Below are positions 14,478 through 28,642 of a DNA stretch of 64,000 nucleotides, piece by piece. The DNA is taken from the NCBI GenBank assembly GCA_012295275.1, contig CM022675.1, positions 7,192,001 through 7,256,000 of the forward strand, in the 5' to 3' direction. Both the position numbers and the translations under genes were made by a program. Numbering within the stretch: position 1 is the first letter of the stretch; each line of letters starts with the position of its first letter. The notes beneath the pieces were generated by a model that did no database searches, was not told where the DNA came from, and saw only the letters and a list, made by a program, of their open reading frames with translations. This stretch comes from Chrysomallon squamiferum (Eukaryota > Animalia > Mollusca).

Positions 14478-14955
14478 TAGTAGTTTATATAACAAGTATT
14501 TCACTGGTTTATACAGTATAACTTTATATAACATTGGTTTATATAACAAATATTTCACTGGTTCATACTATACTAGTTTATATAACACTGGTTCATATAA
14601 CAAGTATTTCACTGGTTCATACCATACTAGTTTATATAACACTGGTTTATATAACAAGTATTTCACTGGTTCATACCATACTAGTTTATATAACACTGGT
14701 TTATATAACAAATATTTCACTGGTTCATACTATACTAGTTTATATAACACTGGTTCATATAACAAGTATTTCACTGGTTCATACCATACTAGTTTATATA
14801 ACACTGGTTTATATAACAAATATTTCACTGGTTCATACTATACTAGTTTATATAACACTGGTTCATATAACAAGTATTTCACTGGTTCATACCATACTAG
14901 TTTATATAACACTGGTTCATACCATACTAGTTTATATAACACTGGTTCGTATAAT
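14478..14955. repeat. 54-bp composite minisatellite built from 15+21+18-bp subunits
   Basis: Unit CTAGTTTATATAACA-CTGGTTYATATAACAARTATTTCA-CTGGTTCATACYATA, about 8 near-perfect copies. Confidence 0.95.
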
Positions 14956-14964
14956 GTTACTTTA

Positions 14965-15190
14965 TGTAACACACTGCTGGGTGTGTGGGCCACACCCATC
15001 CTGTTTGTGAGTGTCTGAGAGGAGGGTAAAGTGGTTATTTGATCTTCTTGTTGAGTCCCACTCAGGCACATCATTCAAGGGTGTTGGCAGTTGTCCCTCC
15101 TGTTGCCATGGATACGCTGCTTTGGTAACAAGCTGTTGAAGTATGTTCAATTACACTCAGCTTGTTGTTAAAAATTATAAAAATTCACTT
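14965..15190 (+). mobile_element. Probable SINE 3' fragment
   Basis: Abrupt GC-richer block ending ...CTCAGCTTGTTGTTAAAA plus an A-rich tail. It resembles mollusc SINE 3' ends as I recall them; unverified. Confidence 0.3.
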
Positions 15191-15335
15191 GCTACATATT
15201 ATTTAGGCTGGTCTAGAGAAATAAAAAGAAAAGGAATAAAGAAAGAAAGAAAAATTTTAAAAGAAATATTTTTGCTATGTTAAATCATTATATAAGGACT
15301 AGTAATTAAATCAAAATGTTTTATACTTTTTTTTC

Positions 15336-15374
<39 letters not shown>

Positions 15375-15807
15375 TATTTTTACGAAATTAAAATGCAATT
15401 TAACATTACACTTAAAAAAAAATATATATATATTTTTACTCAGTAGTATATTTCTAATGGAATTCAAAGAATAATAAAAATAAATAAATAAATAAAAAGA
15501 GGAATATTTAATCTATATTTAAACATTTTATTAAATAAAAATAAAAATATTTTTGACAAAATTAAAATGCAATGCAACATTTAAAAAAAAAAAAGAAAAA
15601 AGTCCTAAAAGAAAAGAAAAAGATAAAAAATATTTCAAACATTTTAAAATAGAACAAACAAAACAATAAAGAGGAAGTATTTATCCTAAAATAAAACAGT
15701 ACATATTTTTTAATTTTTTTAAAAAAAAAAAAAAAAAAAAAAAGAAAGAAAAAGATCATTATATTTTTTACAGAATTAGAACCCTGCATAACATTTAAAC
15801 AAAAAAA

Positions 15808-15838
<31 letters not shown>

Positions 15839-17029
15839 GAGAATATTTTTACTGAATAACTAACGGAATGCACGTAAGACATTTGCCGATAAAAATTTCA
15901 CCAGATCCTAAAGCAACAGAGTTCTAATCTAAACGTTTCCAGCTTATTTCGTTATCAGCATAAATTCCACAAGTTAATTTAGGAAAACATTTTTGAGTTC
16001 AAAAAGTTTGGATGTTGAAATAAACTTGAATACATTTTTTTTTTGGTTGGAGTTTTTTTTTTTTTTTTTTTGTTGTGTTCACTCCATAGAAAAATGTTAG
16101 AATTATTTAACGCGTTAAATAAATATCGTGTTACCATAGAAACGCGTTTTTGTGTAATACACATTTATATACATAGTTTTACGTTTTTAATAATTTCTTC
16201 TTCTTTTTTTTTTTTTTTTTTTAATTTTTTTATCAATTTATGTTTTGTGTCATGTAAACGTCAATGAAATTACCCTGCATGTTTTTTTTTTTTTTTTTTT
16301 GCCTCTGATATATTTTAATAGATAGCTGTTTTTGGCATTAATATTATGATAGATCTGAATTTAATTAATACATAGCTGTTTTTGGCATTAATATTATGAT
16401 GATGTTAATTTAATGTCTCTCTCTCTGTGTGTGTGTGTGTGTTTAAAGTTTTCAATTTTTCAGTTTTTTATTTATTAATATTTTTATCATATCATCATTA
16501 TCATTATATTCATTATTACTGTTATTGTTATTATAGTTATTACGATTATTATTATCATTATAGTTGTTAATGTTATTGTTATTTATCATCATCTTTATTA
16601 TTTTACCATAATTATACTATTATTACAGCTATTATTATTATTATTATTATTACTACTACTACTACTACTACAACTACTACTACTACTACTACTTCTACTA
16701 CTACTACTTTAACTTTCATTTCTATTCTTCTCTTCTCTTTCTCTCACCTTCTTTTTCTTTCACTTCTTCCTTCTTTCTCTCCTTAATTTCTAATTACCAC
16801 GAACTAAAGATGTAGCTGTGTCAAAGGTCAATTCTAAAGTTGACACAGAGGTCAATAATTTATCTAGTCTATTTTCATGCATCCTTGTTTGTCTAAAATG
16901 TTACATAACAATTGTAACTACTGTTGACTCATAAGACTTACTCAAACAGGGACAAGACAGTTGACTCAAAGTCGTGAGCCAATATTAACTTCAGTTTACC
17001 TGGAGACATCTCCTAACTGCTGGGCAGGT

Positions 17030-17815
17030 AGCAAGGTGTGGTCTAGTGGTTAGAGTGATGTAATATGAAAAAAAAAAAAATGACAGTGTTTGATATATTA
17101 AATTAATTTTATTCTTTTAAAACTTTAGTACTGGATGTTGTAGAAAAATGTGGTTCAGTGGTTAGAATGATGTCATGAAAAATTGTAGAATTTGCAGTAT
17201 GAAATTAACTTTGTTGAAATTAGTTTATTAGTAAAAGATGTATGTTATAATCCATAGTCCATTGGTTAGAGCAGTTTGGTAAAGAGTGCAATGGTGTTTG
17301 AGATTCATTTTTATACCTTAGAATAGAATATATCTAGCAAAGCATAGTCCATTGGTTAGAGTGGTTTGGTAAACATTTTTATACCTTAGAATAGAATATC
17401 TAGCAAAGCATAGTCTATTGGTTAGAGCATTTTGATAACTTTGAGATATTAAATTAACTTTTTATTATGCTAAGTAAAGACATCTAGAAAAAGGTACTCC
17501 AGTTTTTAGAATGGTTTTTTGAAAAATGGTAGAAATAGGTGTATAAAGATTAACTTTATTCTTATGCCATTCATAAAAATAACACATAGCAATTTATAGT
17601 CTATTGGTTAGAGCACATTCATGAAAGATGATAATTCTGAGATATTGAATTAACTTTATTCTGATACTTTAATAAAAAACTATATATCTTGCATTAAGGT
17701 ATTAAGGTATCAAAGCATATTCTCATGGATAGACTGGTTTCATGAAAAATGATGATGTCACAGAATTACAATTAATTTTATTCTAGATCTTGTCTATGAT
17801 GTCAGATTAAATGAA
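17030..17815 (+). repeat. Degenerate ~100-bp tandem array whose unit contains a tRNA/SINE A-box
   Basis: RTRGTCYAKTGGTTAGAG-like motif at about 17038, 17150, 17254, 17344, 17410, 17494, 17596 and 17717, with a shared AATTAACTTTATT between most copies. Confidence 0.8.
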
Positions 17816-18030
17816 GTATGTGGTTCAGGGGTTAGAATGCTCAAATGATGAGTTATAGGTCTTAAGATCTATTCTTGTCAAAGTGTCTGTTTGGTCATTT
17901 ACCATTCCAGTCGTATGTAGTATGAAGACTGGTCTGATTTTATTAAAGTCTCTGGTATGTACTATCCTGTCTGTGGGGAAATACACAAAAATCTCTTGAT
18001 GATATTTGAGATGAGTAATTCATTATAGTC
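17816..18030 (+). mobile_element. tRNA-headed MetaSINE-like element (decayed)
   Basis: A-box-like GTGGTTCAGGGGTTAGAA at 17820 and B-box-like AGATCTATTCT at about 17865, followed by TGGTATGTACTATCCTGTCTGTGGG...AAAATCTCTTG, which resembles the Meta central domain of mollusc SINEs. Confidence 0.65.
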
Positions 18031-18273
18031 ACATTACTTGGTTATAACTATTATCATCATCATCATCATCTTTATTGTTATTGTTATTATCATCATCATC
18101 ATCTTTATTATTATTGTTATTATTATCATTGTCATCATCATCATTATTACTGTTATTACGTTTAATTTCTGGTATATTAAGAATTTATTTTTCTAATTAT
18201 TATTATTTTTTTTTTTAAATTTATTTTACTTCAACATCTGCCATAGACACACCCTTTTCTTCCTCCCATCCTC

Positions 18274-18306
<33 letters not shown>

Positions 18307-18889
18307 ATTTTTTCAAAAAGAATTTCATGCTAAATTAACTCATTCGAGAAAGTCTCCAAATAAAGAGACTAATAATAAAAAAAAAGTTTAAAAATAAAAT
18401 ATTTTACATTTCTGAAGTCATATTAGATAAGATAAACATTTTGAGAGGATCTGATTTTGGAGGAGTGTAATGAAGGAAGGAATCCACAATTTCAAAAAAG
18501 GGGGGTGGGTGTAGGTAGGAGCTATCCTTATTACGGTTATAGATTTCATAAATAAAATAAATTACATAACCGTGGAAAAATAGTCATGGGTGAAAAGACG
18601 GGGACTGGGGTGGTAGTGATGTGATAGATTTATCTCCTCCTGGATTCGTTTATGTGTTGTGAGTGAGATGGTAAGAATCTTGATAAGAAAAATCGGCATC
18701 TTGACTTATCTTTTAATAGGAGTGTGCAGGTTATTACACCAGTGTATTTGAGATAAGCTTTTTTTTTTTTTATTGAAAAGTGTGTTTAGTTAAATGTGTT
18801 GGTTGCTAGAATGAATGGTGGATTAGGTAATTAGATGAAAGAAATTGAAATTAAAATTTAAATTTAAATTTGAAAAGTTATAATATTAA

Positions 18890-19233
18890 TAATATGATGA
18901 TGATGATAAAAGTAATGATAATTATAATAATTATTATAGTGAGGATGATGATGATGATGATGATGAAAGTAAATAATAATAATAATAGTAATAGAAATAG
19001 TAATGATGACGATGATGATGATGATCATACACACATTTTAATGATACAAATGATTGTAGTAGTAGTAACAGTAGTAGTAATAATAGTAGCAATGCTAATA
19101 AGGATGTTAGTGATGATGTTGGTGCTAACAGTATTAATAATAGTAGTTGTAGTAATATTCATTATTATTATTACTATTACTATTATTATTATTACTATTA
19201 TTATCATTATTATTATTATTATTACTATTATTA

Positions 19234-19280
<47 letters not shown>
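18890..19280. repeat. (ATG)/(AGT)/(ATT)n trinucleotide tract
   Basis: Visible directly in the sequence. Confidence 0.9.
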
Positions 19281-19282
<2 letters not shown>

Positions 19283-20119
19283 AACTCCACTATTTTCTCT
19301 TTTCCTCCATCCATCTATCATTTATCTTCTAATTCATCTTACATTGTTCAAGTGAAAAATAAAATATAATAATTTATGATTTATTTAAAAAGTATTGCAG
19401 AGTATTAGCTAAGTCTGCACTTTATTAAAAAAAAAAAAAAAATTCAGTGTATTTAATTAACATACAACAGTATACAATCTGGTTAACCTCTGTGTGTATG
19501 TACTGAATAACAAAGTCATTGTGTGTGTGTTTATTGTTAGTACACTGTGTAATATGTGATGTATGCTATGTCAACAACTTTAAAACATTATAGAGTGACT
19601 TTCTGACACTTTTAACAATAGGCTGAGCAGTTCATTTGTAAAATTTTATGTGTTGTGTTTTTAAGGTAAGTCGTTTAATAACGTATTTTGCCTTGCGAAA
19701 AGTGGATTTATGGTAAAACTTTATTAAATATGTTGTTTGTCTTGATGTATGTCACTTAATGATAGAATATAAAAATAATATGTGCCCAGATATGTCATTT
19801 AAAATATAAAAATGATATGTGTGATTTTATTGTTGAATGTTAAAGAATATTATGGGTTGTTTGACTTGAAGTAAATCATTTTATGATACAGTTATAAATA
19901 ATATTAAAATTTGTCAGTTTGTATGACATTGTTAATGTCAATACACTTTACAGTATCTAGTCATGTATTTAATGTAAAGAAATATACATTACTTAGGAAT
20001 ATATTTCATAATATTATTCATAATCACTGTTTGTGCCTTAATACTGCTTTAAATTAGTCATTACACTGTGGTTGGTGCCTTAGAATTTTATAGTTGGTCT
20101 TAATAATAGGCACAGTGCT

Positions 20120-20330
20120 TCAAAATTTGTAATTTTTGTAATAAGTCAGGTTTCATGCCTTATATTTAGTAATTTTGTAATAAGTCATGTTTCATGCCTT
20201 AAAATTGGTAATTTTGTAATAAGTCATGTTTCATGCCTTAAAATTTTGTAATTTTGTAATAAGTCATGTTTCATGCCTTAAAAGTTGTAATTTTTCATGT
20301 TTCATGCCTTAAATTTTGTAACTTTGTAAA
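20120..20330. repeat. ~39-40-bp minisatellite (AATTTTGTAATAAGTCATGTTTCATGCCTTAAAATTTGT)
   Basis: About 5 tandem copies. Confidence 0.9.
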
Positions 20331-21925
20331 TAGTCATAACACTATATGTGATACCTTAAAATTAGTCATTTGTAACAAGTAATTTTACGTTACTTTTTTT
20401 TACAATAATCAATATCCCAGTCACGGCACCTTTAAATAATTGTTTTTGTAACAGATTACAAAGGCACATACTGAACATTTAAATAAGTCATTTTTTTTTT
20501 TGTATTTATTTAACACCAGATTATGCAGGTTTTGTATTCATTACAATACAGAGAAACAGATTAATCAACATTCAGAAGCTTTCAGCTGATAAACGAGGAA
20601 TTAATTGTTTTTCTCGTCGCTAACTTCCACTGGCCTTCACTGCTACTTCTCTCACCTGTAGAGGTCGTTATCTCAGGTGACCTTGTACCTGTCATTTACC
20701 TGTGCTAATGCCCAGTGTAATGGATAAACTTGCAGCTGTATTCCGTAAACAGGAAATAGACTATTTTTACCTGTGTCTTGTTCTCTCTCTCTGCTATTTT
20801 ACCTGTGACAAGTTGTTTTTTTTGTGTTTGTGTGTGAGTTTGTTTGAAGTGAAAGAAGATTAGGTTGATATGAATACCTGGATGAAAAATGATTGGTCAG
20901 TGTTTGTGTTGCTAGGCTGATGCTGTTTCTATTTTTAAAAAAATTATAAAAAGTTTCAAGAGAAATTATCTTTTATTTGATTTAAAAAAAAAAAAAAATT
21001 ATTATGAGTGGTTTATTTATTTATTTATATTTTTTCATTCATTTGTTCTTTGTTTCGTTTTTTTATTTTTTTCATTCATTTGTTCAAATGTTTGTTCATT
21101 CATTCCTTCTTTTCATTAGCATAACTATTAAATCATAAATTCTGTAAACTGTGTTATCCATTTATCCTTCCTTCTGTCCATCCATCTTCTTTCTATCATT
21201 CATGCTATATACAATGAAAGTGTTTTATTTATTTACTTATTAACTGATTTATTATTATTGCTGTTGTTGTTGATGTTATTATTTTTTTTTGTTATAACTA
21301 TTACTTTATTATTATTTTTTGTTATTAATTATTATTATTATTATTATTATTATTATTGTTATTATTATTATTGTTCTTAGTATTGTTATTTTTATTATTA
21401 TTATTATAACTCATGTTATCATTATTTTTTGTTGTTATAATGATGATGATGAACATCATCATAACTATTACTTTATTATTATTATTATTATTATTATTTT
21501 TGTTGTTGTTATTGTTATTATTATTATTATTAACACAAATAACACAAACAAATGATTCAAAATCAGTTTGCTCTGCAAGTCAGGTTTATTTAAACATGTC
21601 AGCACAAACCATCTCAGGTAACAAAAAACTGTGCAAGGTAAAACTTAAATCAGATTTTCACCTGAGCAGGAAGATAGTTTACCTGTCGGCTGATTACCTG
21701 AGTGTATCACAAAGGTTTATCCGGTCTTTGACATAAGCTTTGTTAAAGACAAAGACAAAACAATATCATTTCAGATAATTGCATATGCAGGTAATTTATT
21801 ACCTACCTGACAGGCAGGTGTATTTATGTATATTTTATCTGTTGTATGCAGGTAAGTGTGTGTATAGTATATATTTTACCTGGTGTAAAAGTATATAGTT
21901 AGGTATATATGGGTAATTCTATATA

Positions 21926-21971
<46 letters not shown>

Positions 21972-21988
21972 TGTGTGTTTGTGTGTAT

Positions 21989-22026
<38 letters not shown>

Positions 22027-22148
22027 TTGTATGGATGGATGGATGTGTGTCTGTATGTATGTATTTATGTGTGTATGTAGGTATAGGTATATTTATATTT
22101 ATATATATATGTGTGTGTGTGTTTATGTATGTGTCTGTTATTTGTCTG

Positions 22149-22199
<51 letters not shown>

Positions 22200-22420
22200 C
22201 ATACAACACATGTATGTATGTGTGTGCATGTTTGTATGTGTGCTCATGTATGTATGTACGTGTAAATGTGTGTGTATGAGTGGATGTATGTATGTATGTA
22301 TATATGTACATGTGAGTCTATGTATGTGTATGTGTGTATATATATATACACACATATATATCATTTAATATGTTTGTATGTTTGTACACACACACACACA
22401 CACACACACTCACACACACA

Positions 22421-22476
<56 letters not shown>

Positions 22477-22927
22477 ATACATTCACTTGACATTTACAGA
22501 TAATCTCTGTTGTCTATATGTCACAATCCAGTGACTTCACACAGATCCTTATTCCCCTTTCATCTCTTTCATCTGTCTGTCATGTTTCTTTATCACTACT
22601 TCAGTGATCACTGCAGTCACTGCCGTGCAGCAGGTCCTGGGTTCAATTCACTTCAGTGGATAATGTGTAGAATTATCTGTCGGACATTTTCTGTGATGTG
22701 AAAGTTGATGGTATGTACTGCTGTGTGTGTGTTTGTGTGAAAGTCTTGTATATGATTCTGTGTGGTATTGTGAAAGGTTTTTTTATTTTCGCTGGCAGAG
22801 ACAGAGGATCAACACTGATCTATGAAAGTTTTCAGATTTTTCCTGTTCCGGATAGGTTCCTGTATAATCTCAGTGTTTTTACATTTTCCTCTTATCCTTC
22901 ATCTGAATTTTTTTTTTTTTTTCTTAA

Positions 22928-22989
<62 letters not shown>

Positions 22990-23524
22990 TTTATTTGTTT
23001 TTAAAATATATTTTATAAGCATTAAAAAAACAAAATTTCTTCAGAAACTTTAATGTTACAATGAAATACATAAAACATAAATTACTTATACCTGTGTTAA
23101 TTAATTATAATTTTTTTTATACACCTCAATAAATTTGCTGTTAATTTACTATTTAAATATTACACATAATTCATTTACATATAATTGATGTTATTGTGTA
23201 TACATTTATTAATTAAATATATACATGTCATTAAATGTACTGTTAATTTAATATTTAAATTTATTGAATAACATTAACTAAACTGTAATAGTGTAATAAC
23301 TATAATATTGCACCTGTAACTTTAAAATTTAAATTTTATCTGTACATTTAAATAAAATATAAATTATAATATCTTTAGTTACTTAAACATTATGAAATTT
23401 GCTGCTAATTTAATATTTAAATTTTATGCATTTTATGAATATCATTAGGTTAAGCTGTACATTTAATATCTGAATAATATATAAATTATAAAAATATATC
23501 TGTACCTTTACTATTTATATCTGT

Positions 23525-23720
23525 ATCTGTAAAATTTAATATTAAAATAAAATATAAATTATTACATCACACCTGCATATTAATTATTTAAATTTGTATT
23601 TGTAAATTTAATATTAAAATAAAATATAAATTATTACATCACACCTATATATTAATTATTTAAATTTGTATCCATAAATTTAACATTAAAATAAAATATT
23701 AAATATTATGTCATACCTGT
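23525..23720. repeat. ~72-bp AT-rich tandem repeat
   Basis: AATTTAATATTAAAATAAAATATAAATTATTACATCACACCT occurs twice nearly perfectly, plus a third degenerate copy. Confidence 0.8.
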
Positions 23721-23828
23721 AACACATCTATTTACATTTTTGCCTGTAATTAAATATATAATTATTAATATATAATTGTCATTGGTTTCCTGTACCTTTT
23801 ATTTATTATTTAAATTACACACATATCA

Positions 23829-24022
23829 TTAACCCTTTTGGCCACAGATGTACATTTCTGTTTTTGAAGTAAAAAATTAATTCTTTTTTTTTTTTTTTTT
23901 TTTTCTTTCAATGTAACAGCTGTTTCAGTTTCCAAATGTCACAAACTGCAGATCAAAGAATTAATTTTTTTTTCCTATAATAATTCAGAATAAATAATTA
24001 TATTCATGGCAGGAAAGGGCAA
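23829..24022. mobile_element. Possible decayed piggyBac-type MITE
   Basis: Left end TTAACCCTTTTGGCCA and right end TGGCAGGAAAGGGCAA form imperfect CCCTTT...AAAGGG inverted ends; TTAA is present on the left only. Confidence 0.3.
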
Positions 24023-25019
24023 TATGGTTTGTATAATAGAAGATTTTTTTTTTTTTTTTTTTTTTTTAATATTTCTATAAATAGTGATCTTATGTCTGTA
24101 TGTATGTGCAGATATGTTTAATTATATGAAATGAAAACACATGTATATAATCACATACATACATATACATACATTCACATATATACATTAATATATATAT
24201 ATATACACACACACACATACATAAACATCTAAGTATACATAGATATATAAATATACACATACATATATACATACATGCACATATATATATACACATATAC
24301 ATAGACACATACACATATATATACACATACATACACACATACAAACATACGTACATACATACACACATATACATACATACACATACACATATGCATACAT
24401 ACATAAATATATATACAGACATACACAGGCACACACAATGTACACACATACACACACACATATAGACACACAAACACACACACACTTATACACACTGACA
24501 CACAAACACACACACACACACACTGACACATAGACACACACAGCCACACTTACACATACTTACACACACTTACACACTGACACATAGACACACACACACA
24601 CACACACACAATACAGTAAACATTCAAAAACTTTAACAACATTTTCACAAAAACTAAAAAAATCCTGACCACAGACAGACAGACAGACAGACAGACAGAC
24701 GGACACAGAAAGTCAATCCTGTTTTGATAACTGAGGAGATGGAACACAGCTGTTGTTTTTTTCATTTGCCAAGTGTGGGACTCTTAACAAGGCTGCCTGC
24801 CCACCAGTGCTGTAGACTGAGTGTAGACTGAGGAGTGTAGACTGAGGTGTGTAGACTGTGTGGGAACACTGGCTGGTACCCATTCAAGGCAGGATGGAAG
24901 ATGAGTTAAATTCTCAAACACTGGGCTGGGAGAAGCTTTGTTTTCTTAGCCTGTGTGCAGTGTGTCTTGTTTGCTTAATGTTAGAACAGGGGTTTGTCTT
25001 TGTTCAGTGTTTTGTTATT

Positions 25020-25520
25020 GTTGTTTGTTTGTTTGTTTGTTTGTTTGTTTTTGGTTGTTTTTTTTTTCTTGTGGTAGTGGTGGTGGTGGTTGGTAATGGT
25101 GGTAGGAGGAGTTGTTGTTGTGGTTGTGGTTGTGGTGGTGGTAGTAGTAGTAGTATTAGTAGTAGTGGTTGTAATATAGTAGTAGTGGTAGTAGTATGTG
25201 GTGGTGGTAGTTGTAGTTGTGGTGGTGGTGGTGGTAATAGTTGTAGTAGTAGTAGTAGTAGTAGGGGTAGTGGTGGTGGTAATATATTAGTAGTGGTAGT
25301 AGTGGTGGTTGTGGTGGTGGTAATAGTAGTAGTAGTAGTAGTAGTAGAAGTGATAGTAATGGTGGTTATGATGGTTGTGGTAGCATTAGTATTAGTATTA
25401 TTGGTGATTGTAGTAGTAGTAGTAATAATGATTGTGGTGGTCATAATAGTAGTAGTAGTGGTAGTTGTAATTATAGCTGAAGTAGTTGTTGTAGTTATGG
25501 TTGTAGTAGTAAAAATAAAA
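25020..25520. repeat. (TTTG)n/(GTG)n/(GTA)n compound tract
   Basis: Visible directly; source of the poly-V/G/S ORF 24858-25541. Confidence 0.9.
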
Positions 25521-27289
25521 ATAATAACAATGATAATATAGTAATGTTAATTATAATATTAATAATACCAATAAAAATAATAATAGCAAAAAAAAAAAAT
25601 AATAAAAAAAAAAAAAATAATATAAATGAACAACAACAACAATAATAATGATTATAATAATGATAATGATGATGATGAATAATAATAAATAAATAAATCT
25701 ATTTTATTAAAAAATAAATATTCCCCATACTCTCAACATAAATTCCCCAATCTTTAATATTTATTACACAGGTACCTGTTCAAAATTAAAAAAATAATAT
25801 TAGCTGAAAGCTACTGAGCTACATAGCCTTAGGCTCTTTATTTATAAAAACAAATACTAACAACCATCTGTTAATTAACTACCTGCTGGCTGTTGTAGTA
25901 GCTGTAGTTCATTATATTCATGCAGGGTGTTGTGGTAGCTGTATGTAATTACCTCCATACTTGACATGCTGAGAAATGTATATCACGAAACTTCCGTTAC
26001 TTTTTTTAATGTGATATGGTTAATTTACATTTTTAATAAACAGTGTTTAATATCAGCTGTAATATTTACTGGCAGTATTTTAACTGGGGCATTTTTAGTT
26101 TATGAGTATGTTTATGTGTGTGAATGTGTGTGTTTGTGTGTGTGTGTGTGTGTTTGTGTGTGTGTGTTTGTGTATTTGTGTGTGTATGTTTTTGTTTGTG
26201 TGTGTGTTTGTGTGTGCATGTGTGTTCTTTGCACATATATAAACATACACACACATTATAAGTATATGCATATATATATATTATATAAATACATCACAGA
26301 CATATATATATATATATGTGTGTTTGTGTGTATGTGTGTGTGTATAATGTTATGTATGTATGTATATGTATATGTATATGTATGTATGTATGTATATTTT
26401 TATGTATGTATGTATATATGTATGTTTATATATATATATATATATGAATTTGAATGTGAATATGTATGTATACATGAATATATGTGTGTATATGTCTGTC
26501 TGTATGTATGTATGTTTACATCTGTATATATATAAACATGTAAACATATACTTTACAACTAGCACATTTTAACATCTGTTTAGGATAATTTATTTTATAT
26601 TCACTGATATTATCTGAACACCAGCAATCATACACTGACACCCCTATCACAGATTTACCTCTCTGCTAGATTATCTTGTTAGTTCTGCATTAAAAATAAA
26701 TTTAATACCTACCGTTTAATAACATTTGATATGGCACAGCACTGTCAAGAAATTAATTGAATTATGATTAATGTGTCGAAAAAAAATAAATTCCAAAAGA
26801 AGCAGAAATTTTGTAATGGAGATGTTCAGTGTTTGTGAAGTTTAAAATTTTGAGGTGTTAATTTTAAAAAAAAATTTAATTATTTTTGGCCAGGTTGTGT
26901 TTCAAATGGTTTTTACCTGTTTTGGTAATGCATAAATCAGAAAAAAACAAAAAAAAAAAACAATAACAAAACATAAATAAAAATAAATAAATAATAAAAT
27001 AAAATAATATAATATATATATAAATGAATGAATGAATGAATGAATGAATAAGTAAGTAAATAAATAAATAAAAATAAATGTAAAAAAGAAAATAATAATA
27101 ATAATAAAATAATAAAAAATAAATAAAGATATATATGTATATATGTGTATATGTAAGTAGATATTTGTGTCTGTGTGTGTGTCTGTATGTGTGTTTATAG
27201 ATATAAAAGTACATAAACCATAATTAACCATTGCAACCAGCATCTCACAACTTTTATCTAAGAATATGTTTGTTTTTTTTTTACTGTTT

Positions 27290-27470
27290 ACAGGAAGGTT
27301 CGTATATAAGATCACTTCTTGCTAATTAAAAAAGAGTAGCTCTTGCCATTTTTCTTCTCAAATAATCTGTGTTTTATTTTATTTTTGTGTTGTTGTTTTT
27401 TTTAGCCAATGACATCATGTAGACTGAAAATGTGTTGCCTGTGTTTATTAAATAAAAAATGTCTTTCTTT
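27290..27470 (+). mobile_element. 3' half of a MetaSINE-like element
   Basis: GTATATAAGATCACTTCTTGCTAATTAAAAAAGAGTAGC...AAAATGTGTTG...TTAAATAAAAAATGTCTTTCTTT resembles the body and tail of gastropod MetaSINEs. It weakly overlaps the end of the 17816-18030 copy. Confidence 0.55.
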
Positions 27471-27836
27471 TAAAAAATACCAAACTGCTTCTTCTTCACC
27501 TTTTCTTTCGTTTATTTAACTGACAGAATTCTTGTAGCAGACGCATGGTAATCAGAAACCTGCCAAGGTTATTATTAGTAACCTTTTACTACCTGCCAGG
27601 TAGATTATGAGCTGCTTACCTGTGTGTGTAAACATACCTACGCACACCTGTAGGCTCAGTGTCTAGTTAGGTAATCAATTTACCTGGGCATTCCTTCAGG
27701 TGTGCTAGTGATTGACAGGTCCGCAGGTGATATAATTTAAAGACGTTCTTCCCACGATTTGCTTGCTTGAACCTTTGTTAGAGAATACTGGTAATTAATT
27801 TGGCTGTTGGGTTTTATTTGGATTTTTTTGGCTTTG

Positions 27837-27869
<33 letters not shown>

Positions 27870-28599
27870 GAATTTTGTTGTTATTATTAAGATTGTTGTC
27901 ATTATATTTTATTATTATTATTATTTTTAATTATTATTATTTTTTTTGGTATACAATCGTCAAGAAAATTTAAATAATATAACAGAAATTTTTTTTTCAG
28001 AATATTTATATTTATGAATTAAGATAATTGATATTTTCTATGAGTTAATTATTTTAAAAATAGATTTATTTTTTTTTGAGTGTCATCTTTTTGTGTTTTA
28101 ATATTTTACTTGCTAAATATTTTAACTAAAATTTGAACCAGCTTCTCTTTAAGTAACATTTATAAGTTTTTCTTCAAAACTGTAAAAGATTTTTTTAAAG
28201 ATTTGAAACACAATTCATCACAATTTACTCACATTTAAACATTTTAACGTGATTTCACACATTTGCATTGAGTACTATATACGTCACTTTAGTATTGCGA
28301 AAAACTATCAACAGTTAATTGTGTGATGTCACTGCAGTAGATTAAGTTGTAGATTAAACTGTAGATCAATCACTGATAAATGCTGTGACAAGCATGTTTA
28401 GTGATGAGGAAGGTGTATATCTATTTTTAAACGTGTGTGTGTCTCTGTGTTTGTGTGTATATGTGGATATATAGACAGGGAGACAGACTGAAAAACAGAC
28501 AGACAGACAGACAGATCAGTAAAGAGATAGACTGACAGCTACATGGATGAATGGATGTAGCTAAATAGATATACACAGATAGATTAGAAATATACACAC

Positions 28600-28642
<43 letters not shown>

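Noticed and set aside
14534-15010. 158-aa hydrophobic repeat protein
   Set aside because: It is a product of the 54-bp minisatellite, with a non-ATG start and no splice support
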